Notes: a model not told the origin generated them from the letters alone. 26,386 nucleotides of DNA from Alphaproteobacteria bacterium (GCA_965216755.1 CBDCGL010000008.1:1-26386), one strand, 5' to 3'. Shown: positions 1 through 8,236, counted from the stretch's first letter. Translations and numbers: made by a program.

Positions 1-103
1 TAAATTTCCGGCTGTCCCTCAACCAGTTTTCGGGCAGCCAGGCCGACATTGGCATCTTGCCGGTTTTTGCACCGCCGCGTGGGAGGTCGTCGAGGACGCT
101 CAT
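1..103 (-). CDS. traG: 5' end of TraG/VirD4 coupling-protein gene, cut by window edge
   Basis: Identical to 15735-15837 (MSVLDDLPRG...). Confidence 0.8.
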   Translation of the reverse strand, partial: MSVLDDLPRGGAKTGKMPMSAWLPENWLRDSRKF

Positions 104-399
104 GACAGTCTCCGTGTCTCGGGCCGCAACAAACAGCGCGCAATATGGCAAAACTGGTTTGCCCCATATTTGCCCGCTGATGCCGGTCTGATGATCAGCG
201 CCCTACCGGAGGGCACTCACACATTCACGCCATCTGGGGGCTTCTCAGGGCCAAACACGCCTATATCCGTGTCCGCCGAGGGTGCGGTAAAATGCAAGCC
301 GATGGGTGTCGTGATTATGTCTCGACTATCGGCGCGCGCCGATGGGTTCATGGCGTCAAAGCGTTAATCATTTGTATGATGATGTTTGGTACGCTTTGA

Positions 400-592
400 G
401 CAAGTTGTGTGTTGTGGCCCATAAATGGGCCATCCCCTGCGGGGACAAGCAACACGAACTTGCCAAGGAGGGCCCGCTGCGCGCCCTCCGTTGGATCCTC
501 CCCGGCTTGGTGCTGCCGCCCTGGCATCGAGCCAGGCCAGCAGCACGGCACCGTTTCGTCGGTGCATCACGACCAAGGGTAGCGCCCCTTGG
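400..592. other. Candidate oriT region
   Basis: Lies between divergent traG and mobC. Outer IR gcaagtt..gtgttg / caacac.aacttgc (400-463) encloses hairpins tggccca-taaa-tgggcca and tcccc-tgc-gggga; further hairpins ggagggc/gccctcc and ccaaggg/cccttgg follow. Confidence 0.55.
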
Positions 593-621
593 ATGGCTTT
601 CATTGGGCGGAGGTGTTGCCC

Positions 622-1017
622 ATGCCACGACCGCGCAAAGCCAACGGCCGCTCCTTCCAGCTCAAGGCCCGTTTCACGGCCACTGAGCTGGAAGCCGTCA
701 ATGCCCGTGCTGCACACACGGGCATGACGGTTAGCGACCTGCTTCGCCACGGCGTGCTGGACAACCCCCCGCCCCCGACCCGCCTTCATCGCCGGGTCCA
801 ATGTCCGGAGGAATTGGCCCGGCTGCTTGGGCAGGTCGGCCGCATCGGCAATAACGTCAACCAGCTGGCCCGTATTGCCCATGCGGGATCATGGCCTGAT
901 AGCGAGCGCATCACCCAGGCCGTCGCCGACATCCAGTGGATGCGCGCCCGGCTGATGGATGCGCTCGGCTATGATCCGGTGGACAGTGATCCCCCTGCCC
1001 CGGTTCTTACGCCATGA
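622..1017 (+). CDS. mobC: MobC relaxosome accessory protein (RHH)
   Basis: RFTATELEAV...GMTVSDLLR and signature RIGNNVNQLAR; GGAGGT RBS before ATG 622; ATGA overlap with relaxase. Confidence 0.9.
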   Translation: MPRPRKANGRSFQLKARFTATELEAVNARAAHTGMTVSDLLRHGVLDNPPPPTRLHRRVQCPEELARLLGQVGRIGNNVNQLARIAHAGSWPDSERITQAVADIQWMRARLMDALGYDPVDSDPPAPVLTP

Positions 1018-2414
1018 TCATCACCGCTTCAGAAATCGAGGCGCGCAAATGGTTTGCCGTGCACCTGCTCAACACCACTCAGAATGATCATGTTGAGGTG
1101 CACGAGCTGCGCGGCTTTGCGTCTGTCAGCCTGAACGGTGTCATGATGGAAATCGCCGCGGTGGCCAGTGGGACCCGCTGCGAAAATCCGGTCTTCTCTG
1201 TGGTTCTCAACCCGCCGGATGGTGTCACGCTCACCTATGAGCAGTTCCACAACGCCATCCGGGAGGTTGAGAAGGCCAACGGCTTGCAGAATCATCCCCG
1301 CGCCGTGGTGTTCCATGAAAAGGACGGTGAACGCCACTGTCACGTGTTCTGGTCGCGGATCGACATTGACCGTATGAAGGCGATCAACCTTCCCTTCTAC
1401 AGAAAAAAGTTGCAAACCATTAGTCGGGAGCAGTTCCGCGCATTGGGCGTGGAACTGCCGCCTGGTCTGGTTGATCCGCGTGAACGCAACCCGCTGAATT
1501 TCACCCGCGAGCAGTGGCAGCAGGCCAAGCGCATGGGTGAAGATCCCCAGGCTCTAAAACAGGTTTTCTTGGAAGCCTGGCAACACAGTGACAGCCGCAA
1601 AGCCTTCCAAGCCGCTTTAGAGCGCAGTGGCCTCTACCTCGCCCGGGGCGACAAGCGCGGCTTTGTTGCCGTCGATTTTACCGGGTCGGTTTATTCGCTC
1701 TCGCGTTGGTTATCGGTGAAGAAGAAGGATATTGCCGCTCGCATCGGTGATTTGGCGGAATTGCCGACCGTCGATCAAACCAAGGCCTTGATCTCCGACA
1801 AATACACCCCTGCCCTGCGCAAAGCCGTTGATCAGATGGAGACGCAGCACAAGGAAGAGCGCCGCGTCTGGAACCGTGAGGCCAAGCAAATGCGGCGTAC
1901 TCACCGCGCCGCCCGCCAAGACCTTGTCACCGACCAGCACGCCCGCCGGCGACGCGAAGAGCATGCCCGTGCTGATTGGTACCGCAAAGGTCTGCGCGGT
2001 CTTGTCGACCGGTTTACCGGCCGCCACAAGGTGACGACCACCCGCATCCGCCGCGACCGGGCCGCCGCGGAAGAGCGCGACCGTCAGGAGCGGGACAAGC
2101 TCATCGCTGCCCAGCTCACCGAACGGCGGCAGGTTCAGGAAAATATCGATAAGCTGGAAGCCAGCCACATCCGCGACCGCAAGCGTATGCGCGAACGGCT
2201 GGGCGTTCTGTTTGAATTTGAGAATGACGACAAGCGTAATATCGCCCTGCAGCATGCCGCCGAGGTCGCCGCCCGCAAGGAAGAGCACCGCATGGCCCGC
2301 GAATTTAATCAGGCTGACAAGGACCGCACCATGGCCGACCAAATCCGCGACCAGCAGCAGGAGCAGGATCGCGGCCGTGGTCCAGATCGTGGACGGGAAT
2401 TTGACCCGAGCTGA
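1014..2414 (+). CDS. Relaxase/mobilisation nuclease (MOBP-like), charged coiled-coil C-terminus
   Basis: FSVVLNPP motif II, HEKDGERHCHVFWSRID HUH motif, LARGDKRGFVAVD; follows mobC. Confidence 0.92.
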   Translation: MIITASEIEARKWFAVHLLNTTQNDHVEVHELRGFASVSLNGVMMEIAAVASGTRCENPVFSVVLNPPDGVTLTYEQFHNAIREVEKANGLQNHPRAVVFHEKDGERHCHVFWSRIDIDRMKAINLPFYRKKLQTISREQFRALGVELPPGLVDPRERNPLNFTREQWQQAKRMGEDPQALKQVFLEAWQHSDSRKAFQAALERSGLYLARGDKRGFVAVDFTGSVYSLSRWLSVKKKDIAARIGDLAELPTVDQTKALISDKYTPALRKAVDQMETQHKEERRVWNREAKQMRRTHRAARQDLVTDQHARRRREEHARADWYRKGLRGLVDRFTGRHKVTTTRIRRDRAAAEERDRQERDKLIAAQLTERRQVQENIDKLEASHIRDRKRMRERLGVLFEFENDDKRNIALQHAAEVAARKEEHRMAREFNQADKDRTMADQIRDQQQEQDRGRGPDRGREFDPS

Positions 2415-2420
2415 TGGTTG

Positions 2421-2859
2421 ATGATTGATCCCGACAAGCTGACATCCGAACAGCAAAAGGCTTTGGATAACCTCGGCCGCCGGCAGGCCGACGAAAGGCG
2501 CGTTTTACAACAACAGCTTAGAAGCTAGGGAGCAATCGAAACTGCGGTCCCTGGCTAACCAGGTCACCAAAACGCTGTTATTCAAAGATCGGGAGGCCCG
2601 CAAAGAGGTTGAAAAATTTTTCGCCGATCAGCGTAAAGAGCGCACCTGGCATCAAGAGCGACTTGCCCGTGTCCGGGACCGCCACGCTGATGAATGGCAG
2701 GCGCTTTACGATCGGATTGCGTTGCAGGGCGACCGCGAAACCAGCCGAACCCACGCGGAAGACATCCAGCGGGAATTTAACCGTCACGATCAGGCGCGCG
2801 GCTATGCAGAGGAATTTACCAGGACCGCCAGGGACGACGGCGGCCACGGCCGCGATTGA
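2421..2859 (+). pseudogene. Coiled-coil mobilisation-associated ORF (~145 aa) split by a +1 frameshift
   Basis: ATG 2421 MIDPDKLTSEQQKALDNL...QQQLRS* (TAG 2526-2528); +1 frame from 2518 reads LEAREQSKLRSLANQ...REFNRHDQARG...GGHGRD* to 2859. Confidence 0.7.
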
Positions 2860-2956
2860 TATTCACGATGTTCAAGATGTGGTCGGTTACCTGTCCCAAA
2901 GCTAACACCGCCTCCGCTAGCAGGACAGGATCACCGCGACCCAGGCTACAAGATAT

Positions 2957-2965
2957 TGTGGATAA
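2957..2965 (-). promoter_or_regulatory. DnaA box upstream of repA
   Basis: TGTGGATAA = TTATCCACA, perfect consensus. Confidence 0.65.
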
Positions 2966-3015
2966 CTTTGTCATATGCACTAAAACTGGTGCCCGATCTT
3001 TGCTAGATTGCGGCC

Positions 3016-3996
3016 ATGGCGGCAGGACATCGACAGCACCGGCGCAAGTCGGGAAAAACAAGCTTTCAGACCATCGGACAGGTTCAGAATTTCCGGGATT
3101 TCTCCGACCCGGCGGTTTTCAAGCTTCTTGATGCCGGAGAGGAAATCCGGCAGCGCCCGGAACCGATTCCGTCGGACAAAGCGTTTCTGACGAAGTACCT
3201 CGTGCAAGTCACACTGCCCCACTCCAACCCCGGCAATGGCGTTCCGGTTTTCCGGCGCAAGAATGGCGACATCACCCTCACCGTCACCCCGGCATTTGAC
3301 GATAACAACCAGCCGCTACACCCTTACGGCACCGTTCCGCGGTTGCTTCTATTTTGGTTAACCCGCGAAGCGTTGCGGCAAAAATCCCATCGAATCGAAC
3401 TCTCCGATAGCATCAACGGCTTTCTGCTCGACCTCGGAATGAACCCCGCAAACGGGAGCGGCAAGCGCAGCGACGCGCGGCGTATGCGGGATCAGATGGA
3501 GCGGCTTTTCCGTGCCCGAATCAGCATCGATGCTAAGCTCAAAGATGGCACCAGATCAGGTCATGCTTGGCAGGATATGCAGGTCGCCAAGGCGGCTACA
3601 ACGTGGTGGGATTACAAATGCCCGGAGCAAGGCAGTTTCTTCGACAGCTGGGTTGAGCTGGACCGGGATTTTTATGAAGCAATCCTGAGCGACCCAGTGC
3701 CAGTTGATATGCGGGCTTTGCGGGAGCTTAAACGCTCACCCATGGCCCTCGACCTCTATGCCTGGGCCACCTATCAAACTTTTGTGATTACGCGTCGCGG
3801 CAAGGGACGCAAGGTTCCCTGGCGGGGGCTAATGCAACAGCTTGGCGCTGAGTATTCTGACTACAAGGATTTTAGGAAAGCCGCCATACAAGCCCTCAAA
3901 AAGGTCCAAATGGTCTTCCCTGGGCTGTTGATATCCGATGCCACGGGTGGCTTTGTTATCCACCCCAGCCAGCCGAGCATCCTTCCCAAAGAGTAG
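3016..3996 (+). CDS. repA: Plasmid replication initiator (RepA_C-like)
   Basis: VTLPHSNPG, PYGTVPRLLLFWL, PVPVDMRALRELKRSPMALDLYAW motifs; iterons directly downstream. Confidence 0.88.
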   Translation: MAAGHRQHRRKSGKTSFQTIGQVQNFRDFSDPAVFKLLDAGEEIRQRPEPIPSDKAFLTKYLVQVTLPHSNPGNGVPVFRRKNGDITLTVTPAFDDNNQPLHPYGTVPRLLLFWLTREALRQKSHRIELSDSINGFLLDLGMNPANGSGKRSDARRMRDQMERLFRARISIDAKLKDGTRSGHAWQDMQVAKAATTWWDYKCPEQGSFFDSWVELDRDFYEAILSDPVPVDMRALRELKRSPMALDLYAWATYQTFVITRRGKGRKVPWRGLMQQLGAEYSDYKDFRKAAIQALKKVQMVFPGLLISDATGGFVIHPSQPSILPKE

Positions 3997-4038
3997 GAAC
4001 ATCAATAGTTTCCGCACTGCCTGTGGGCCGTTTATGGC

Positions 4039-4299
4039 TCATCCACAGTTCTCGCCGTGACTTGGGATATCTTTGGTTATCCACGATGAAACGGTCCCCC
4101 CAGCCAACCAGGTGGGATGAAACGGTCCCCCTTTTCTTATATTTCCCGGTATTTCAAGGCGTTGTTCTACGGTGAAACAGTATCCCCTCGCCAACCAGGT
4201 GGGATGAAACGGTCCCCCCCTCCTGGGATGAAACGGTCCCCCCTACCTATAGATAGATCCTTAAAAGGCCTGTAGTTGCCACCCCGCAACTGTGGACAA
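4039..4299. other. Replication origin with near-consensus DnaA boxes
   Basis: tcatccaca 4039-4047, ttatccacg 4077-4085, tgtggacaa 4291-4299 flanking the iterons. Confidence 0.7.
4085..4242 (+). repeat. Iterons GATGAAACGGTCCCCC (4 perfect, 1 degenerate)
   Basis: Copies at 4085, 4116, 4203, 4227; degenerate ggtgaaacagtatcccc at 4171. Confidence 0.88.
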
Positions 4300-4407
4300 C
4301 CAACCCACGGACACTTGGTATCAACGTCTTTTTTTTGTTGCGGCCCCCACGCCTTCGGCGTGCCCGCCGCCTCCCCTCCCTGGAAGGTCCCTCAGGCTCA
4401 CCAAAAA

Positions 4408-4575
4408 CAGGGACACCGCCTGTTCTCTGATCCACCTTCGGGTGATTGATCTCCTATGCCGGACAGAACCTTCATGCAAGGCACGCTTCGCTCTTTGGCC
4501 TTGCATGAAGAACCATGTCCAACATGGCCGGAGAAATCACCCGAAGGCGGCTCCGAGAACAGGCTTATAGCCCTG
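4408..4575. other. Long imperfect palindrome (~170 bp); possible single-strand initiation signal or structured RNA
   Basis: Nested pairs caggg/ccctg, gcctgttctc/gagaacaggc, ccttcgggtgatt/aatcacccgaagg, ggaca/tgtcc, ttcatgcaagg/ccttgcatgaa. Confidence 0.6.
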
Positions 4576-4685
4576 GTTGCGTGGAGAGATTGCTTTGTCT
4601 GCAAGGGGGTGTATGGGCTGGCATTGTGCCCAAACGATATCTCTAACCTGACTTAACCATCCGAGAATGAAACCCAAGCGCCCGG

Positions 4686-4842
4686 ATGTGAAAGTATGAA
4701 GATCATAAGTTATGATATGATGTTCATACTTTGTGATCGTCATAAATATGAAGTTGCGTGCCTAAGCGAATCATCTCATACTGTATGAAGATATGATCTT
4801 CATATCATAAGTTCACATAGTATGAGGTTATGAACGTATGAA
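4686..4842. repeat. AT-rich TATGA/TCATA repeat tract; putative centromere/operator
   Basis: More than 10 direct and inverted TATGA(A/T) motifs directly upstream of the par genes. Confidence 0.72.
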
Positions 4843-5083
4843 GGCCGTCAAAACTGTCGACCTTGGTCAAACATCGCAAACTGATCCGTTCCTGAAAGCC
4901 GTTGCCGTCGAAAAAGCGGCTGCTGCTGAGATGGTACGGAAAACCTTCAATCTCGAAAAACGCCATCAGAACCAAATCAACGCTGTAGCGGCTGATCTGT
5001 CAGAGACAGCCGGAAAACCCATAGGCGCCTCCGAAGCGTTGCGCCACATCCTGGATGAAGCCGCCGGGAAGGTGGGCTCATGA
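4838..5083 (+). CDS. Small putative centromere-binding protein (RHH-like)
   Basis: 81 aa, VRKTFNL strand then helices (ASEALRHILD); ATGA-coupled to parA. Confidence 0.7.
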   Translation: MKAVKTVDLGQTSQTDPFLKAVAVEKAAAAEMVRKTFNLEKRHQNQINAVAADLSETAGKPIGASEALRHILDEAAGKVGS

Positions 5084-5721
5084 AAGGTGTTGCTTTCCTG
5101 GGCGACAAAGGCGGTGTGGGCAAGACCTCTTTAGCCCACGCTTTGGCGCTTGGTGCCGCATGGAAGGGCGTGCCAGGCTACTTGATGCATACAGACAACC
5201 GGGAACCGCTCAAAGTAAACGGCAGGCCGTACGCCTATTACGATGCCCGCGACCCCAAAGATCTGGAAACCCTTATCAAAACGGCCCTGAATAATGATGG
5301 GTTGTTTATCGTTGATGGTGGTGGGAACCGGCCGGAATTCGACAAATGGATTGCCGCCAGCATGGATTTGGTGCTGGTGCCGTTCATCCCCGATGAAGAA
5401 GCTATAAACACCAATCTGGCTCATATGAAGCGACTGGAACGGGCAGGGGCGAATGTTTGGGCTATCGTGAACGCCTACCCTGGAAGCCGTTTTGAGCGCC
5501 AGTATGTTGATCGGGAGCTACTGAAGGATCTTCCGCAGGACCGGATTCTTGCCAGGGTCCCGGAAGTGAAGGCCGTCAGAACACTGCGTGCCAGTGATAA
5601 ACCAGTGTTCAAAACGCCGCCGACGCGGGTCAACGATCTGTCCCGGAAGCTCTACCTGACGGTAAATCAAGCTCTACTTGCAATTGATCGGGCAGCAGAG
5701 CCCACCCGGCTGTCAGCATAA
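5080..5721 (+). CDS. parA: ParA-family Walker ATPase (short, type Ib-like)
   Basis: KGGVGKTS deviant Walker A, FIVDGGG Walker B, DLVLVP. Confidence 0.9.
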   Translation: MKGVAFLGDKGGVGKTSLAHALALGAAWKGVPGYLMHTDNREPLKVNGRPYAYYDARDPKDLETLIKTALNNDGLFIVDGGGNRPEFDKWIAASMDLVLVPFIPDEEAINTNLAHMKRLERAGANVWAIVNAYPGSRFERQYVDRELLKDLPQDRILARVPEVKAVRTLRASDKPVFKTPPTRVNDLSRKLYLTVNQALLAIDRAAEPTRLSA

Positions 5722-5780
5722 CCAACATCCGTGCTTAGAGAAATATTTTGTAAGCTATTTATTTTCTGTACAATGCCAGG

Positions 5781-6284
5781 GTGTACTGGACCTATGGCAT
5801 TGTTGACCCTGTAACCGGTCTGTTCGTCTATATCGGGCAGACCAGCGATTTCGATCGGCGCAAATCCCAACATCTCACTGACCGGCTGCGTAAAACGACG
5901 CCGGCGCGCGGCAGCATCCAGGAATGGCTGCGCGACATGCGGAAGAGGGGGCTGGAACCGGATTTCGTGATCCTGGAGATCGTCGAAACCGAAGAAGAAA
6001 GCTTGCTATCGGAAAGCAAATGGGTCGAGAAATTCGCCGCGATTGGCCACCCGTTATTGAATCGCTGGCAAGAGCATCGAGACCTGATCCGGCAAGGCCG
6101 GGCCTCACAATATGAAGCGCTGATTTTTCAAGACGGCAAGGCATGCAGGGTAGGGGAGGCCCGTCCCAATCGGCGCAACTCAGGCTTTGCCGTTATGCTG
6201 GATAAAGACGTGAAGATAGAATTCGACGGCATGGTTCTGGAAGGGGCGCGGATTGACGTGTTGGAGCCGAAGCCGGAGGCCTAA
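5781..6284 (+). CDS. GIY-YIG nuclease-domain protein
   Basis: YWTYGI...YIGQTSDFDRRKSQH...E...LLN motif order; GTG start. Confidence 0.82.
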   Translation: MYWTYGIVDPVTGLFVYIGQTSDFDRRKSQHLTDRLRKTTPARGSIQEWLRDMRKRGLEPDFVILEIVETEEESLLSESKWVEKFAAIGHPLLNRWQEHRDLIRQGRASQYEALIFQDGKACRVGEARPNRRNSGFAVMLDKDVKIEFDGMVLEGARIDVLEPKPEA

Positions 6285-6586
6285 CTGGATGTGGCGTCTG
6301 GCTGAACACGCTTTACATTCTTGGTGATTTCGCGCTCGCGTTTGCGCGTTTCGGCAAGATCATAAGCCATTTGCAGACGCATCCACATTTCGGGTGTACT
6401 GCCAAACGCGGCGGCCAACCGGAATGCCATTTCGGCTGAAATCCCGGAACGACCGTTGAGCAAATTGCTCAGCGTCTGACGGTTAACACCCAGCACCTCA
6501 GCCGCTTCGTTGACACTCATGCCAAGTTCTTCAATGCAATCCTGCCGGACAATTCTGCCCGGGTGCGCGGGGCTATGCATAGGCAT
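6281..6586 (-). CDS. higA: HigA antitoxin (HTH)
   Basis: HPGRIVR...AAEVLGVNRQTLSNLLNGRSGISAEMAFRL...WMRLQMAYDL. Confidence 0.95.
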   Translation of the reverse strand: MPMHSPAHPGRIVRQDCIEELGMSVNEAAEVLGVNRQTLSNLLNGRSGISAEMAFRLAAAFGSTPEMWMRLQMAYDLAETRKREREITKNVKRVQPDATSS

Positions 6587-6600
6587 CGTTCTCTCCTTTC

Positions 6601-6879
6601 CTAATGGTAATCGATCAGATCAACATCTGTGGCTTCACCGTCGCTGAAGCGGAAAATGATCCGCCAATTGGCTCGCACGGTGACGCTCCAAAATCCTCTC
6701 AAGTCGCCCGTCAACTTATGGAGGCGGTAACCCGTCACATCGATATCGTCGATGGTCAGGGCCATATCGAGGACAGACAGGATATTCTCAATCCGGTCGG
6801 CCATATCAGCCCTGACCCGGCTTCTGTCACCGCGCTCATACAGGCGTTTCAATCCCCGATGACGGAACGATCCAATCAT
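6601..6879 (-). CDS. higB: HigB toxin (RelE family)
   Basis: MIGSFRHRGLKRLYE...LHKLTGDLRGFWSVTVRANWRIIFRF...DYH; toxin-first order. Confidence 0.95.
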   Translation of the reverse strand: MIGSFRHRGLKRLYERGDRSRVRADMADRIENILSVLDMALTIDDIDVTGYRLHKLTGDLRGFWSVTVRANWRIIFRFSDGEATDVDLIDYH

Positions 6880-6885
6880 ACTTTC

Positions 6886-6914
6886 AGTGTACAGTGATAA
6901 TTATCGCTTATCAA
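6886..6914 (-). promoter_or_regulatory. higBA sigma70 promoter with palindromic operator
   Basis: TTGATA-17 nt-TACACT; palindrome GATAATTATC in spacer. Confidence 0.7.
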
Positions 6915-7135
6915 GAAGAAACTTATTATTTGCATAGCTAATGTTTTGTGGGTACCGTTAATTTTGTCAGCTGCAAATTCAGCTGATCGGGTTTCACAGC
7001 TCGCGCAAGCCGGCCTTTGTATTGGCCGGATGGCGGCGAAATACGGCCTCCGGCTCAATACGCCGCACTGTGCTTGCGCAGTTGTGAACGTCCGGCCACC
7101 AGTGCCGGACGGATCATTAAACCGCAAGGCGCGGG

Positions 7136-7339
7136 ATGGAAATGCCGAAAGAAGATATTGATACAGCCGTCGTTCAAGCTTTTTTGAGGCAAGTTGAGGT
7201 CATGGCCGGTGCCGAGGGGCGGGAGCTGCTATTGCTGTTTATGGCGATAAGAGACCAGCAGCTTCGTGATGATGTTGTCAGATTTGCAGAGGCTATCGCC
7301 AGCGAAAAAGGGTGGTTAGCCAAGGACGACCGAAAATGA
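7136..7339 (+). CDS. Small helical protein resembling the C-terminal part of XRE regulators
   Basis: EGRELLLLFMAIRDQQLRDDVVRFAEAIA; ATGA overlap with next ORF. Confidence 0.65.
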   Translation: MEMPKEDIDTAVVQAFLRQVEVMAGAEGRELLLLFMAIRDQQLRDDVVRFAEAIASEKGWLAKDDRK

Positions 7340-7524
7340 GCACCACTAAGGTTTTCTATGAACTGCCGCCCGGATTGCCGATAGATCAATTCAGCATCGA
7401 CGTCACAAGCGATGAGCTGACATTTTTGATGGGCGATGACGCCGTTGTCGAAGCTGAACCGGGACGATTTGAGTTTACGGATTTGGGCAAAGACCGGATA
7501 CGGGAAGCGCCCGACCCGGAATAA
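7336..7524 (+). CDS. Small acidic hypothetical protein (62 aa)
   Basis: ATG 7336 overlaps upstream stop; MSTTKVFYELPPG... Confidence 0.6.
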   Translation: MSTTKVFYELPPGLPIDQFSIDVTSDELTFLMGDDAVVEAEPGRFEFTDLGKDRIREAPDPE

Positions 7525-7633
7525 TCCGCTTGTAAGTCGTCTGGCGAGCCAGGCGCAGATAATGGGGGGCATACTAACCGTGCAGGACGTTCGCTTCCCA
7601 AGGCTGGGTTGACCGAGTTCTGCTTTTTTGTGC

Positions 7634-7661
7634 CAGTGCGATAACTGACATTATGGACAGT
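7634..7661 (-). other. dif-like 11-6-11 recombination site A
   Basis: cagtgcgataa-ctgaca-ttatggacagt; reverse complement shares ccataa-tgtc..-ttat with site B. Confidence 0.55.
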
Positions 7662-7701
7662 TCTTTGTCGCTCCCATCAGCGTATCCCGACGCATTCTTT
7701 G

Positions 7702-7889
7702 AACCGACGGAGACAGAATAACACCGTGCTCGCGGCTTCCGTCCGCTGCGAAACAGAAGGGTTGCTAAGCTCCTGTCGTCGCTAAGCCAACCCATAACCG
7801 TTTCGTTCGGCTACAGCCACTCCGCGCGGTGTTATTTCGGAGATTGTCGGCTCCGGGGGAATGTCAGGCCTTCGTCTCACCAAGGGAAT
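7702..7889 (+). repeat. Left ~188-bp inverted repeat with internal hairpin
   Basis: Reverse complement of 11025-11211, 7 substitutions + 1 indel. Confidence 0.93.
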
Positions 7890-7979
7890 GGACGTTTAAG
7901 GCTTAAGTCATCAACACGCTAGGTTGAGGTCAATTGTCAAGCGCGTTTCTTGCATATCATTTTTCAAAAAGTGACTAGC

Positions 7980-8114
7980 TCACCAGATTAGAAGAATTTC
8001 GATTTTTTTTAATAAGGCCACAATCCCGATCCCGACCGCCCCGACGATCGCTACGATATCCCTTAAGATAGATGTCAGAAGGCTCAACTGCTCTAACCAG
8101 TCCATCGTTGGCAT
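7980..8114 (-). CDS. 44-aa hydrophobic peptide (possible small membrane protein)
   Basis: MPTMDWLEQLSLLTSILRDIVAIVGAVGIGIVALLKKIEILLIW*; below ORF-track cutoff; weak RBS. Confidence 0.4.
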   Translation of the reverse strand: MPTMDWLEQLSLLTSILRDIVAIVGAVGIGIVALLKKIEILLIW

Positions 8115-8175
8115 GTGGGAACGGAGTGCAACCCCTTCAATACGGTGTATTGGCTGATCCTGAAGACTGAGCCAT

Positions 8176-8211
8176 TCAAATCCCGATCTTCTCGACCTCG
8201 TCGAGGGTGAC
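8176..8211 (-). repeat. Diverged duplicate of the recombinase 3' end (VTLDEVEKIGI*)
   Basis: 31/36 nt identical to 8955-8990 (VTLDEVERIGI*), same orientation. Confidence 0.88.
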
Positions 8212-8236
8212 AGGACTCAAGACCGGCCCAACACCG

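Noticed and set aside
1710-2456. 248-aa antisense ORF and similar shadow ORFs
   Set aside because: Antisense to well-supported GC-rich genes, no motifs
4085-4242. Spaced repeats as a CRISPR array
   Set aside because: 16-bp units, irregular and repeated spacers, no cas genes, adjacent to repA: iterons
7574-7795. 73-aa ORF starting inside the left repeat
   Set aside because: Right repeat copy has an indel that stops it after 9 codons; conservation fits structure, not coding
8022-8031. aatcccgatc as a third recombinase-tail copy
   Set aside because: Only 10 bp, no following stop or flanking similarity; may be chance
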